A DNA stretch of 63,203 bases, counting the filler. It is 6 parts of 6 records of this genome, joined end to end, with 100 filler letters (N's around TTAATTAATTAA, not from the genome) between each part and the next. Parts side by side here need not be neighbours in the genome. Positions count along the whole stretch, not along the records: positions 12,964 to 27,255 come from SRR31156797_13922; positions 27,356 to 33,294 come from SRR31156797_13923; 4 more parts are not named here. One strand, written 5' to 3'. The notes beneath the pieces were generated by a model. It was not told where the DNA came from. It made no database searches and saw only the letters and a program-made list of their open reading frames with translations. Positions within the stretch are counted from its first letter, which is position 1. Each line of letters opens with the position of its first letter. This document shows, one piece after another, positions 18,876 through 27,482 of the stretch. The position numbers were made by a program, and so were the translations under genes.

Positions 18876-19007
18876 GCTCTCGGGGTTTACTAATTGGTCT
18901 GCTGGTGCTATCTATGGCCAAAAAGTGTGCACCGATGACCGTATTTTTTGACAGGATTGATTCTTAAAATACGGTTTTTTATTTATATACAGGACGTGTT
19001 GATACGA

Positions 19008-19721
19008 ATGAAACTGAAACCGATAAAACCAAAGCGCATATCCGATCAGGTGTTTGATCAGGTAAGGGAGTTTATTTTCCGGGGTACCCTGAAACCGGGG
19101 GATAAAGTCATGACGGAACGGGAGCTGGCGGCGGCCATGAACGTCAGTCGGACCGCTGTCCGGGATGCCATTAAAAAACTTGTGGCCCAGGGGCTTCTGG
19201 AGCAGAAGCAGGGAAAGGGAACCTTTGTGTGTGAACCGGCCCGTGGCGGCAGCATGCTGGAACAGCTGATGGACACCGAGGAGGCAACGCTGTTGGATCT
19301 GCTTGAAGTCAGGAGGGGGCTTGAATGCAATGCCGCGGCCATTGCGGCTCAGAAGGCAACCGAGAATGATCATCGGCTGATGGCGGAGAGCATTGCGGCC
19401 CTGAAAAACAGTTTAAGTGAGGGATGCGGCGGTTCGGAAGCCGATGTTTCCTTTCATATGGCCCTTTCTTTTGCCACGGGAAATCCCCTGCAGGTTTACC
19501 TGATGAAGCAGATCCACAACATCCTTTCCACGGGTATCTGCGCCGTGCTGAAGAAGCTCCATGAACATCCGGAAAATATTCAGAAGATCATTCGGCAGCA
19601 TGAGGATATCCTGGCTTCCGTTAAATCCGGCAATGCTGAAAAGGCGTATTCGGATATGAGAGAACATATCGGCTTTATCATTGAATTTTCCGGGAGGTCG
19701 TCGGGCGGGGGGCTTGGATGA
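19008..19721 (+). CDS. GntR/FadR-family transcriptional regulator (LldR-like)
   Basis: wHTH TERELAAAMNVSRTAVRDA, FCD domain LLEVRRGLE, ADVSFH; divergent from lldGH; ATG 19008. Confidence 0.9.
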   Translation: MKLKPIKPKRISDQVFDQVREFIFRGTLKPGDKVMTERELAAAMNVSRTAVRDAIKKLVAQGLLEQKQGKGTFVCEPARGGSMLEQLMDTEEATLLDLLEVRRGLECNAAAIAAQKATENDHRLMAESIAALKNSLSEGCGGSEADVSFHMALSFATGNPLQVYLMKQIHNILSTGICAVLKKLHEHPENIQKIIRQHEDILASVKSGNAEKAYSDMREHIGFIIEFSGRSSGGGLG

Positions 19722-19773
19722 TGAATTCTACCAGGTATCGAATCAATGGATTCACTGGCTTTTTTCATGGGGG

Positions 19774-19799
19774 AAAAACCCCTCCCGGCGGGGAGGGGC
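19774..19799 (-). terminator. Probable terminator downstream of cbiK
   Basis: Minus strand CCCCTCCC-cgcc-GGGAGGGG followed by TTTTT. Confidence 0.6.
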
Positions 19800-19820
19800 T
19801 GAAAAAACAGCAGGAATACC

Positions 19821-20591
19821 CTAATGGGGGATGACGTCCCGGGCATCCTTGATATGGCTTGCGAACAGCTCGGTGATGGCGGCGATTTCGCCGACGCCGT
19901 GGTCCACCACACTGACCTGGATGCCTTCCCTTTGCAGGCGCTTTTCCCAGGAGTCCTCCTCCCGGGTGAGATCCTCCTTGAAGTGAACCCCTGCCACCAG
20001 CATGAAGGGCACCAGGCGAACCTTGGTGAACCCGAATTTTTTGATCTTGGCGATGGTGTCCGCCATTTCGGGCATTCCTTCCACAACCCCGGCAAAGACC
20101 CGGTCGCCGTGGACCTGGCGGAGCACCGATTCCAGGGCCGGGTAGCAGGCCCAGGCCGGGTGGTCGGTGCCGTGGCCCACGATGATGGTGGCCTCGTCCT
20201 CTGAATCGGCGATCAGGGGGGCAATGGCGTCGGCCACGGCATTGTAGTCCTCAAAGGAGGTGAGCAGCGGCAGGCCCATGGCGGTGCGGATCTCCGCGGT
20301 TGCCGCGATCTCCTTGAGGCGGTCGAACTCATGGCCGCAGATGAGGTGCAGGGACTGGACCACGGCCCAGTCATGGCCCTGGGCTTTCAGTTCCGCCAGC
20401 ACCTGGGCGGGATCCTTGATGTCGATGTTCTTGTTTTTTTTCAGGCTGCGCTTCACCATTCGTGAGGAATAGGCCCAGAAGAGCGGGGTGTTCGGGAGGC
20501 GCTCCTTGAAGATCCTGTCCATTTTACTGTAGGTCTCAAAGGCCTTGGCCGTGGTTCCAAACGCGGTTAATACAACGGGTATGGTGGTCAT
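19821..20591 (-). CDS. cbiK: Sirohydrochlorin cobaltochelatase (cytoplasmic CbiK)
   Basis: AFGT, AYSSRMV, VQSLHLICGHEF, VGHGTDH, PFMLVAGVHF. Confidence 0.9.
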   Translation of the reverse strand: MTTIPVVLTAFGTTAKAFETYSKMDRIFKERLPNTPLFWAYSSRMVKRSLKKNKNIDIKDPAQVLAELKAQGHDWAVVQSLHLICGHEFDRLKEIAATAEIRTAMGLPLLTSFEDYNAVADAIAPLIADSEDEATIIVGHGTDHPAWACYPALESVLRQVHGDRVFAGVVEGMPEMADTIAKIKKFGFTKVRLVPFMLVAGVHFKEDLTREEDSWEKRLQREGIQVSVVDHGVGEIAAITELFASHIKDARDVIPH

Positions 20592-20594
20592 TCT

Positions 20595-22634
20595 TTACTC
20601 CTTGTCATTCTGTTTCTGAAGGCCGGTCATGAGCCAGTTAAAGGTGATTTTCAGGGGGGCCGGAAGGTCGTTGGTGGTGGTAAACGTCAGGGGCCCGGGA
20701 ACGGGTTCTCCGGCAAGGGTCGCAGCGGCGGTCCGCCCCAGGTCCGAAAACAGGGAGAGGTCGTGGATCAGGCCTTTGTTGCGGGCGTCGCACACGGCAA
20801 GGGCCGTTTCCACAAGTCCGGCATACCTGGGCTCCATGAGAAGGGCTTCCAGGCCGGCCGCCATCCGGTCCAGGGTTCCGGGGGCGCACTGGCACCCTGA
20901 GCCCCGAACAAGGCTGCTGACGGTGATGCCCCGCTCCTGGAGCCGCTGGAAGATGTTTCGGTCGTTTTTCAGGCCGTTCTGGAGAAACACGGCCTTTGTG
21001 ACCCCGTCATACACTGCCTTGGCAATGAGTTCTCCCATCTTGGAGTGGCCGCCGGTGTTATCGATGGGGCATCCCTCTCCCTGGACCATGATGATGTTGT
21101 CGGTGCCCGTGCCCGTTGCCTGGTACTCGAGGCCCTGGTAGCTGCTTCGGATATCCAGGTCGGACAGGGCTGCGGTTTTTGCCTCGGTGGCGGTGATCAT
21201 GGCCCGTGCCATTGCCCGCTGGGAGAGCCGCATGTTGGTCATCACCATGATGTTGATGGTCCCGGGTTCGTAATAGCCGCCCACGGCCCGGGACATGCGC
21301 TGGGCATTGGAGCAGACCCCGGCCGTGACAACGGCCATGGCCCGCATTTTTTTGTAGCGCTTTTCCGTGACCGTGACATGGTCCATGTCGGCACCGGTCA
21401 TCAGCAGGGAGGTGGATGCGGGATCCCGTTCCACCGCGGAAAGAATCCGTTGCTTGGTCCCTGCCATGCCACCTGCGTGGGGCATGGTCCAGGAGGGGGG
21501 CGGCAGGTAGTGGTTGGCAATGGTGGAGATGTTATGCTTCAGTCCCTCCAGGGTGGAGAGAACGGTCTGGGGGCTCTTGAAGTCGATCACCAGGGTCTTG
21601 TGAGTGAAGTCGGCAATGGAGACCTTGATCCGCTGGCTTTGCTTGATGATCCCCAGATTGATGGGCACGGGTTCGCTGGCAAGTCTGGCGTCCTTGTGGA
21701 TCAGGTTATCGGGGGTGAAAAAGTGATCGCTGTAGATGACGGCGGCGAGCCACTGGACAAAATAGCCGCTGTGGCAGGCCGCCCGGCAGGTGAGTTCGCA
21801 GGGAAAGTAGTAGATCTTGTGGTTCTTTACCCCGTCCACGCTGTTCCAGCCGGGGCGCGTGAAAAATGTCTCGGCCGCCGTTTTGTCCCCCCCGCATCCG
21901 AAGATCACCTGGGGATTGAACGCTTTCCATTGCTCCAGGCTGACCTCGGCCACCATGCCATCGGCCTCGGGGGCCATGGGGATACCGCCGGCAAGGCGCA
22001 CCAGGTCGTTGAGAAAAGCGCCCTTGGCAGGGGTCATGACCGACTCCCGGCCCATGAGGCGGAATACCCGTTTGCGCTGGTCCATGGGGATTTTTGCCAC
22101 CTTTTGCCGGACCGTTTCGATCTGGTCCCGGATGGTGGCGATGGATGCCGCAGCTTCCTTTTCCTTGTCAAAGATGGCGCCGATCATCCGGATGTTGTCA
22201 AGGCTCTGCTCAAAGGAGAGGGTGTCGATATAGAGGGTTCTGATGCCGCGGGCTTCAAGCTCCCGGGCCGTGTCCGCCTGGATGTCAGTGACAAACACCA
22301 GGTCGGGATCAAGGCTCAGGATGGTTCCAAGGTCCGGGGACAGGAAGCCCCCCACCACGGTTTTCCCGTTTTTCTCTGCGGGCAGGCTGGAATGAAAGGT
22401 AACCCCGGTCAGGGCATCGGCCGCCTTCAGGGTGCAGATGATTTCCGTGGCGGATGGCACAATGGAGACCACCCGTGTGGGCGGGGCATCAAAATGGATG
22501 GTGCGGCCCCGGGTGTCCTGGACTTCCGCCGCCGCTGCCGCTGCCGCTGTTGCCGTCCCGGCCGTTTGGGTAAGGAACAGCAGCAGTAGCAGTGGCAAAA
22601 GCCCTGTTAACATGGTGACGGATTGCTTTTTCAT
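20595..22634 (-). CDS. Fusion of a cobalamin-binding periplasmic protein (BtuF-like) and adenosylcobinamide amidohydrolase (CbiZ)
   Basis: Signal peptide from MKKQSVTML (ATG 22634); N-terminal PTRVVSIVPSATEII...LDPDLVF; C-terminal LMTGADM, GTINI, TATEAKTAAL, ATGTGTD. Confidence 0.85.
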   Translation of the reverse strand: MKKQSVTMLTGLLPLLLLLFLTQTAGTATAAAAAAAEVQDTRGRTIHFDAPPTRVVSIVPSATEIICTLKAADALTGVTFHSSLPAEKNGKTVVGGFLSPDLGTILSLDPDLVFVTDIQADTARELEARGIRTLYIDTLSFEQSLDNIRMIGAIFDKEKEAAASIATIRDQIETVRQKVAKIPMDQRKRVFRLMGRESVMTPAKGAFLNDLVRLAGGIPMAPEADGMVAEVSLEQWKAFNPQVIFGCGGDKTAAETFFTRPGWNSVDGVKNHKIYYFPCELTCRAACHSGYFVQWLAAVIYSDHFFTPDNLIHKDARLASEPVPINLGIIKQSQRIKVSIADFTHKTLVIDFKSPQTVLSTLEGLKHNISTIANHYLPPPSWTMPHAGGMAGTKQRILSAVERDPASTSLLMTGADMDHVTVTEKRYKKMRAMAVVTAGVCSNAQRMSRAVGGYYEPGTINIMVMTNMRLSQRAMARAMITATEAKTAALSDLDIRSSYQGLEYQATGTGTDNIIMVQGEGCPIDNTGGHSKMGELIAKAVYDGVTKAVFLQNGLKNDRNIFQRLQERGITVSSLVRGSGCQCAPGTLDRMAAGLEALLMEPRYAGLVETALAVCDARNKGLIHDLSLFSDLGRTAAATLAGEPVPGPLTFTTTNDLPAPLKITFNWLMTGLQKQNDKE

Positions 22635-22742
22635 GGTAAATCCAATTTCTGGTAATGGGTTGATATTTTGGCTCCTCGTATATGACTTGAGCCCATCTCT
22701 TATCTTAACAGGCAAAGCAGATATCCATTGGCGTGCAAACCT

Positions 22743-22940
22743 CTATACGCAGCGGTTCAATCCGGGACATAGACCATGCTGCCGTTTTCCAGCCGATAGG
22801 CGGTGCCTAGGCGTTCGCCCCTGCAGCCGGGCGGTGATCGCATCGGCGTCCCCCAGGAAAAATCCGATCCGGGTGGCGGCATTGGCGCCCGGGGGCGCAG
22901 CCAGGAAGAAGAGGAGAAACAGGATCGCGTGTCGGGTCAT
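22743..22940 (-). pseudogene. Truncated remnant of an exported protein gene
   Basis: MTRHAILFLLFFLAAPPGANAATRIGFFLGDAD: clean signal peptide and mature start, then non-protein-like sequence and a stop after 65 aa. Confidence 0.45.
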
Positions 22941-22992
22941 TGAAAACCTATATTTCCCATGGGGTACTGATTGATTCGGCGTAAACGGTAAC

Positions 22993-23024
22993 GCCCCGGA
23001 TCGATCGGATGATCGATCCGGGGC
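22993..23024 (-). other. GC-rich hairpin duplicating the riboswitch expression-platform stem
   Basis: GCCCCGGATCGATC-ggat-GATCGATCCGGGGC; ATCGATCCGGGGCTTCCC is identical at 23012-23029 and 25249-25266. Confidence 0.6.
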
Positions 23025-23132
23025 TTCCCGTTTTATCCTGGGCCTTTCAAGTCCCAATGGACGGGTCAATCTTGGTGTTGAACTTTTTTTGCTGCTCCTT
23101 TGGATTACCGGAAGAAGCAAGGTTTTAGGCTA

Positions 23133-25166
23133 TTAAAAGTCATATGAAACTTCTACATAAACAGAGCGGCCGGCCCCTGGATATTCCTGCCGCGATGTCG
23201 CCCATGTTTCATCCGAGAAGGTGGCTGTGTTGGTTCCATATTTTTCATCAAAGAGATTGTTACCCTGGATGGAGATGTGCCAGTGGTCAAATAGAATCTG
23301 TTCAAGCTTCATATCCATGGTCCAGTAATCATCCAGGGTATAATCCGGCTTAACAGCGTTGTTGTTCGCATAATGGGCCGGGCGCTCACCCACATAGCGA
23401 AGGGTTGTTGTGGCTGTCAAACCAAAATCAAACCAATAGGTCAGGCCACCTTTAAACAGATGCTCTGCGGTATTCACGGCCTGTCTGTCAGGACCACCGG
23501 CCTTTTTCTCTTCAGCATCGGTATATGTATAAGAGAGAGAGGTCATCACGTTTTTCATCGGATAGAGCTTCGTGCCTATTTCCCATCCCGTTGCTTTGTA
23601 TTCATCCACGTTTGAAGGCGTCCAGTAGTTCCAGCCAAAGCCTGTTGGCCGGTCAGGGTCTTCTGCCCAAGCGATTTTATTGTCGATGTCCCATTTGAAA
23701 TAGGAGATATCAACAAATAATTTTTTATTAAAAAGGCTTTGTTCTACGGTAATGTCATGGTGCCAGCCGGTCTCAGGCTTTAGATCAGGGTTTCCAACCA
23801 TTCCACCGGCATCAGGCCAATAGAGGTCGTTCATTGTGGGGGCTTTGAAATGTTTTCCGGAACTTGCCTTTAACGTGGTTGTCTCCACCGGATTTATCAC
23901 CACGCCATATCGCGGAAGATTAATTGAGCCGAACATGGAGTGATATTCATTTCTTACACCTGCAAGAAATTTGATATAGCGGCAGGGACGGTATTGTGCC
24001 TCCACATAGGAGGCTCTGGTGTAAACACCGTATCTTTCTGATGATTTTGAACCTGCTACCGATTGTCCGGAACCGTCAAGATTCTCGCCCTTATTCTTAT
24101 AGTCGAAATCGTTATAGGCCCCTCCAAACATTACCTGGGCTCCCTCAAAGGGTTTAATGTTAATGTTGGACTCGATTGTGCTGATTTCGTTTGTGACCCA
24201 GGTCCTTTCCCCTGTTCCTGCGGAAGTAACTCGGCGGGAATAATTATAATTTTCCAAAGATGAGTAATTGGCTGTCAGGTTGAAATCAAGCCATTCAACA
24301 GGGCTGCTGTTCAGGTTGAAGGATGTATGGTAGTTTTCATTGCTGCCCCTGTTGACAAGGCTTGAAGAATCATTGTTATAAAATTTTTCTCCATTGATAT
24401 AATAATCCTTGGTTCCGTCAGGCGTTGTCGGTCCTGGCACGCCGTAATCACGATCAAGATAGTCTCCGTACAGGCTCATCTTGAGAAGATCTCCCTTGTC
24501 AAACAGCAGTTTAAGAGAGAAATCCTTTTGTGTGAGATCTCCGTTGTCCCGGAAGCCATCAGTCTCCTTTTTGTTGGCTGTCAGGTAATATCCCAATGAA
24601 TCTGTTATAAACATTCCCTGTTCGCCTGAGGCATGCCAGGCGTTGTTTGTTCCATAGCCGGAACCAACCTTGAGGCTCATTTTGTCGTGATCAGGTTCTT
24701 TTGTGATAATATTGATGGTGCCACCCATTGCTCCTGATCCGTAAAGCAGTGAGCCAGCCCCTTTTACTACTTCAATCCTTTCAATGTTGTTCAGTGGAAT
24801 CATACCTACGTCTGCGGTTCCAAGGGAGGGGGAGTTGACATTGATGCCATTTATAAATACCTGGGTCCCGTCTGAACCCATGCCTCTTATGTGGAGTGTT
24901 TCTGCTGCTCCTCCATAGTTGCCTTGGGTGTTCCAGTCAATGCCGGGTTCGTTGGCAAGAAGCTCTCCAAGACTTTTTGCGGACGACTCCTGGATATCAG
25001 CTTTGTCTATGACGATGGTTGAATTCGGTATGTTTTTTCGGTGTTCACTTGTTTTGGTTGCCGTTACCACCATTTCATCCATGATCGTGGACGGCTCTTC
25101 TGCCGCCCATGCCTGGCCGGCGACCATCAACAGTAATCCTGTCAACCCTATGAAGGTTTTTTTCAT
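23133..25166 (-). CDS. btuB: TonB-dependent receptor, probable cobalamin transporter
   Basis: Signal peptide, TonB box EMVVTATK, IERIEVVKGAGSLLYGSGAMGGTINIIT, NPDLKPE, C-terminal F; downstream of a cobalamin riboswitch. Confidence 0.88.
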   Translation of the reverse strand: MKKTFIGLTGLLLMVAGQAWAAEEPSTIMDEMVVTATKTSEHRKNIPNSTIVIDKADIQESSAKSLGELLANEPGIDWNTQGNYGGAAETLHIRGMGSDGTQVFINGINVNSPSLGTADVGMIPLNNIERIEVVKGAGSLLYGSGAMGGTINIITKEPDHDKMSLKVGSGYGTNNAWHASGEQGMFITDSLGYYLTANKKETDGFRDNGDLTQKDFSLKLLFDKGDLLKMSLYGDYLDRDYGVPGPTTPDGTKDYYINGEKFYNNDSSSLVNRGSNENYHTSFNLNSSPVEWLDFNLTANYSSLENYNYSRRVTSAGTGERTWVTNEISTIESNINIKPFEGAQVMFGGAYNDFDYKNKGENLDGSGQSVAGSKSSERYGVYTRASYVEAQYRPCRYIKFLAGVRNEYHSMFGSINLPRYGVVINPVETTTLKASSGKHFKAPTMNDLYWPDAGGMVGNPDLKPETGWHHDITVEQSLFNKKLFVDISYFKWDIDNKIAWAEDPDRPTGFGWNYWTPSNVDEYKATGWEIGTKLYPMKNVMTSLSYTYTDAEEKKAGGPDRQAVNTAEHLFKGGLTYWFDFGLTATTTLRYVGERPAHYANNNAVKPDYTLDDYWTMDMKLEQILFDHWHISIQGNNLFDEKYGTNTATFSDETWATSRQEYPGAGRSVYVEVSYDF

Positions 25167-25225
25167 CGTTTGTCCCCTTTTAAAAAAACAAAACTTTCAT
25201 TAACATCTTCCTGCGCCCCTTAACT

Positions 25226-25263
25226 AAAAAAGCCCCGAACCGATAAGCATCGATCCGGGGCTT
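25226..25263 (-). terminator. Riboswitch-associated terminator hairpin
   Basis: Minus strand AAGCCCCGgatcgat-gctt-atcggttCGGGGCTT running into a T-run, between the aptamer and the btuB start. Confidence 0.7.
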
Positions 25264-25319
25264 CCCTTTTTGGTCCGCAAGATCCTGGGGGCTCCATGTC
25301 CTTTGGAGAGTCTCCCATT

Positions 25320-25478
25320 GCAAGGCAGGTCTTCTGACTTACGCGTCGTCCTACCGGCCGCGTCTTCCCACCCGTTGGAGCAGTGACTTCATGTGCGGCT
25401 TTCGTCAGCGATTACAGCGGCGGGCCCGTCCCTGAGTTTCACAGGGTTCCCTATTAAGCTTGTAAAGCACCATGCAAC
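25320..25478 (-). ncRNA. Cobalamin (AdoCbl) riboswitch
   Basis: Minus strand GGTGC...TTAATAGGGAAcccTGTGAAAcTCaggGACGGgCCCGCCGCTGTAA...AGTCACTG...GGGAAG...AAGTCAGAAGACCTGCC (B12 box). Confidence 0.93.
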
Positions 25479-25607
25479 ATCTATTTCAGCCAGACAAAAC
25501 CAGACAACCATCAAGGTGTCAAGAAAAAAACCTTTGATTGCTATTGTGATCCGTATCTGTTACCAAAGAATTTTAACCGACCTTCAGCAATTTAGAGGAG
25601 ATTTCCC

Positions 25608-26312
25608 ATGATAAAAAAAACAATCACCCTTGGACTGGCTGTTTCAACCGCGGCCATACTCGTTTCCGGAATCCCCGGGTTCTGTGGCGACAAGGCCCTT
25701 ACCACCGAAAAAGAGAAGATTAGCTATACCCTGGGCGCGACCCTCGGGAAGCAGATCAAACGGGATTTTGCCGTTGACCAGAAAGCTTTCTTCAAGGGAT
25801 TTGAGGCGGCCACCATCGGGAAAGAGCTGCTCATGACCGATGAAGAGATGCAGCAGACCATGATGGCCTTCCAGCAGCAGATGCAGGCGCGCCAGATGGA
25901 GAAGCTGAAAGCCGTTGCCGACAAAAACAAGGCCGATGGCGCAGCTTTCCTTGCCGGGAACAAGACCAAGGAGGGGGTGGTCACCCTGGAGAGCGGTCTT
26001 CAGTACAAGGTGATCAAGAACGGCGAGGGCAAAAAACCCACCCGTCCGGACACGGTTATTTGCAACTACAGGGGCACCACCATCGACGGCACGGAGTTTG
26101 ATTCCTCCTACAAGCGCGGAGAACCCGCATCCTTTCCCGTGGGCGGCGTTATCCAGGGATGGACCGAAGCCCTTCAGCTCATGCCGGTGGGCTCCAAATG
26201 GATGCTCTATATCCCTTCCGAGATGGCCTATGGGGACCGGGGCGCAGGGGCCACCATCCCGCCGGGATCAACCCTTATTTTTGAGCTCGAACTCCTGGGG
26301 ATCAAAGGGTAA
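25608..26312 (+). CDS. FKBP-type peptidyl-prolyl cis-trans isomerase (FkpA/Mip-like)
   Basis: Signal peptide, SGLQYKVI, YRGTTIDGTEFDSS, VIQGWTEALQLM, IPPGSTLIFELEL. Confidence 0.93.
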   Translation: MIKKTITLGLAVSTAAILVSGIPGFCGDKALTTEKEKISYTLGATLGKQIKRDFAVDQKAFFKGFEAATIGKELLMTDEEMQQTMMAFQQQMQARQMEKLKAVADKNKADGAAFLAGNKTKEGVVTLESGLQYKVIKNGEGKKPTRPDTVICNYRGTTIDGTEFDSSYKRGEPASFPVGGVIQGWTEALQLMPVGSKWMLYIPSEMAYGDRGAGATIPPGSTLIFELELLGIKG

Positions 26313-26337
26313 TCAATAAGAGCATTGTGGTACCGAC

Positions 26338-26377
26338 GGCCATGGATTCGGGGTGCAGAATCCATGGCCTTTTTTTT
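26338..26377 (+). terminator. Intrinsic terminator after the FKBP gene
   Basis: GGCCATGGATTC-N8-GAATCCATGGCC-TTTTTTTT. Confidence 0.85.
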
Positions 26378-26454
26378 CGGGAATATTGGAGCCACACCCC
26401 TGGTAACCCGGCCGGGGCAACCCATGTGCGGATGGCTCCCTGGAACGGAGCCTC

Positions 26455-26752
26455 CGACCATTGAAATCCCCCATGGTTAATGTTATATTTTTTCCACCAG
26501 TGGCTTTTCACACAGTTTGTCAAGCATCTCCTCCGCGTCTTTGACGGAAATTTCGTACTCATATTCCAGCCGGCTTACGCTACGGGTCCAGCCCTTGAGC
26601 ATGACACCCCCCGTTGAATCGCTGGGCCGTATCCTGACAACGCCCGATTCCGAGTTCATGATATCCCCCTCCTTCAACATAAGGGGCTTGATGCCTGATG
26701 CTTTCCAGGCGTCGTTTTTTGACAGGAATTCTCTCTCTGTTTCGATGTCCAT
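26455..26752 (-). pseudogene. CYTH-domain (class IV adenylate cyclase/triphosphatase-like) pseudogene
   Basis: MDIETEREFL (ExERKF-like), VRIR, SRLEYEYEI, EKI*; continuation YNINHGGFQW is in another frame and then similarity ends. Confidence 0.7.
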
Positions 26753-26784
26753 GTTCGTTTTTTTGTCACACTTGAAATTGATTC

Positions 26785-26798
26785 TTACAAATTTGTAA
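26785..26798. promoter_or_regulatory. Palindrome TTACAAATTTGTAA, candidate activator site
   Basis: Perfect 14-bp palindrome, repeated at 26969-26982. Confidence 0.55.
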
Positions 26799-26939
26799 TA
26801 ATATCTTTCCCCATTCTGGGCAACACGGCAATGCCGCAATAGCCGGTCTTTTTCATTGGGGGGGCTTTCAAAAGATCGTCCATGTGAACCCGGTCCTGGG
26901 GACGAATCGGGGTGTCTTTTGAATGAAGTGGGCAGGTAA

Positions 26940-26982
26940 TTACAAAAATGTGGATATTGAAAGTGTGATTACAAATTTGTAA
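26940..26982. promoter_or_regulatory. Paired candidate enhancer-binding-protein sites upstream of the glnA sigma54 promoter
   Basis: TTACAAAAATGTGG (26940-26953) and TTACAAATTTGTAA (26969-26982). Confidence 0.55.
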
Positions 26983-27062
26983 CATCTGTAGGGATTGTGT
27001 GGAGAATAAGGGGGTTAAAAAAGCGCATGGAAAACAAGCCGTTATGGTTTTTGTGGGGTGTG

Positions 27063-27078
27063 TGGCACGGTTGGTGCT
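27063..27078 (+). promoter_or_regulatory. Sigma54 (-24/-12) promoter of glnA
   Basis: TGGCACGgttggTGCT versus consensus TGGCACG-N4-TTGCW. Confidence 0.8.
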
Positions 27079-27141
27079 TTTAGGGAAAGCATACAAAACG
27101 TGTTAATTGAGAGTTTACAACTATACAAAGGAGTGTGTGCC

Positions 27142-27255
27142 GTGACAAAAGAAGAGATATTATCGATCATCGAAAAAGAGAACGTCAATTTTTTCAGGAT
27201 TCAGTTTTGTGACATCAACGGGTTCATGAAAAATGTCGCCATCCCCAAGAGCCAG
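27142..27255 (+). CDS. glnA: Glutamine synthetase type I (N-terminal fragment, cut by contig end)
   Basis: GTG start with AAGGAG RBS; TKEEILSIIEKENVNFFRIQFCDINGFMKNVAIP. Confidence 0.85.
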
Positions 27256-27355
27256 NNNNNNNNNNNNNNNNNNNNNNNNNNNNNNNNNNNNNNNNNNNNT
27301 TAATTAATTAANNNNNNNNNNNNNNNNNNNNNNNNNNNNNNNNNNNNNNNNNNNN
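27256..27355. other. Artificial contig linker
   Basis: 44 N + TTAATTAATTAA + 44 N. Confidence 0.98.
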
Positions 27356-27482
27356 CGGGCGCCCCGTAATAAGATGGTATTCATGAAATAGCCCCGCTGT
27401 AATTTAAAGTGCGGAGCGAATCGGTTACATGCAATAAATGATCGGAAAAAAATTAAAATCGTAAAAAAGAACGAACCAAAGA

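Noticed and set aside
22525-22560. GCN repeat encoding poly-Ala
   Set aside because: Low-complexity linker after the signal peptide; no sign of a phase-variable tract.
21045-22589. 514-aa plus-strand ORF
   Set aside because: Antisense shadow of the BtuF-CbiZ gene.
27356-27384. Start of a gene (MNTILLRGA...) downstream of yqeB on the minus strand
   Set aside because: Only about nine codons before the contig edge; cannot be assigned.
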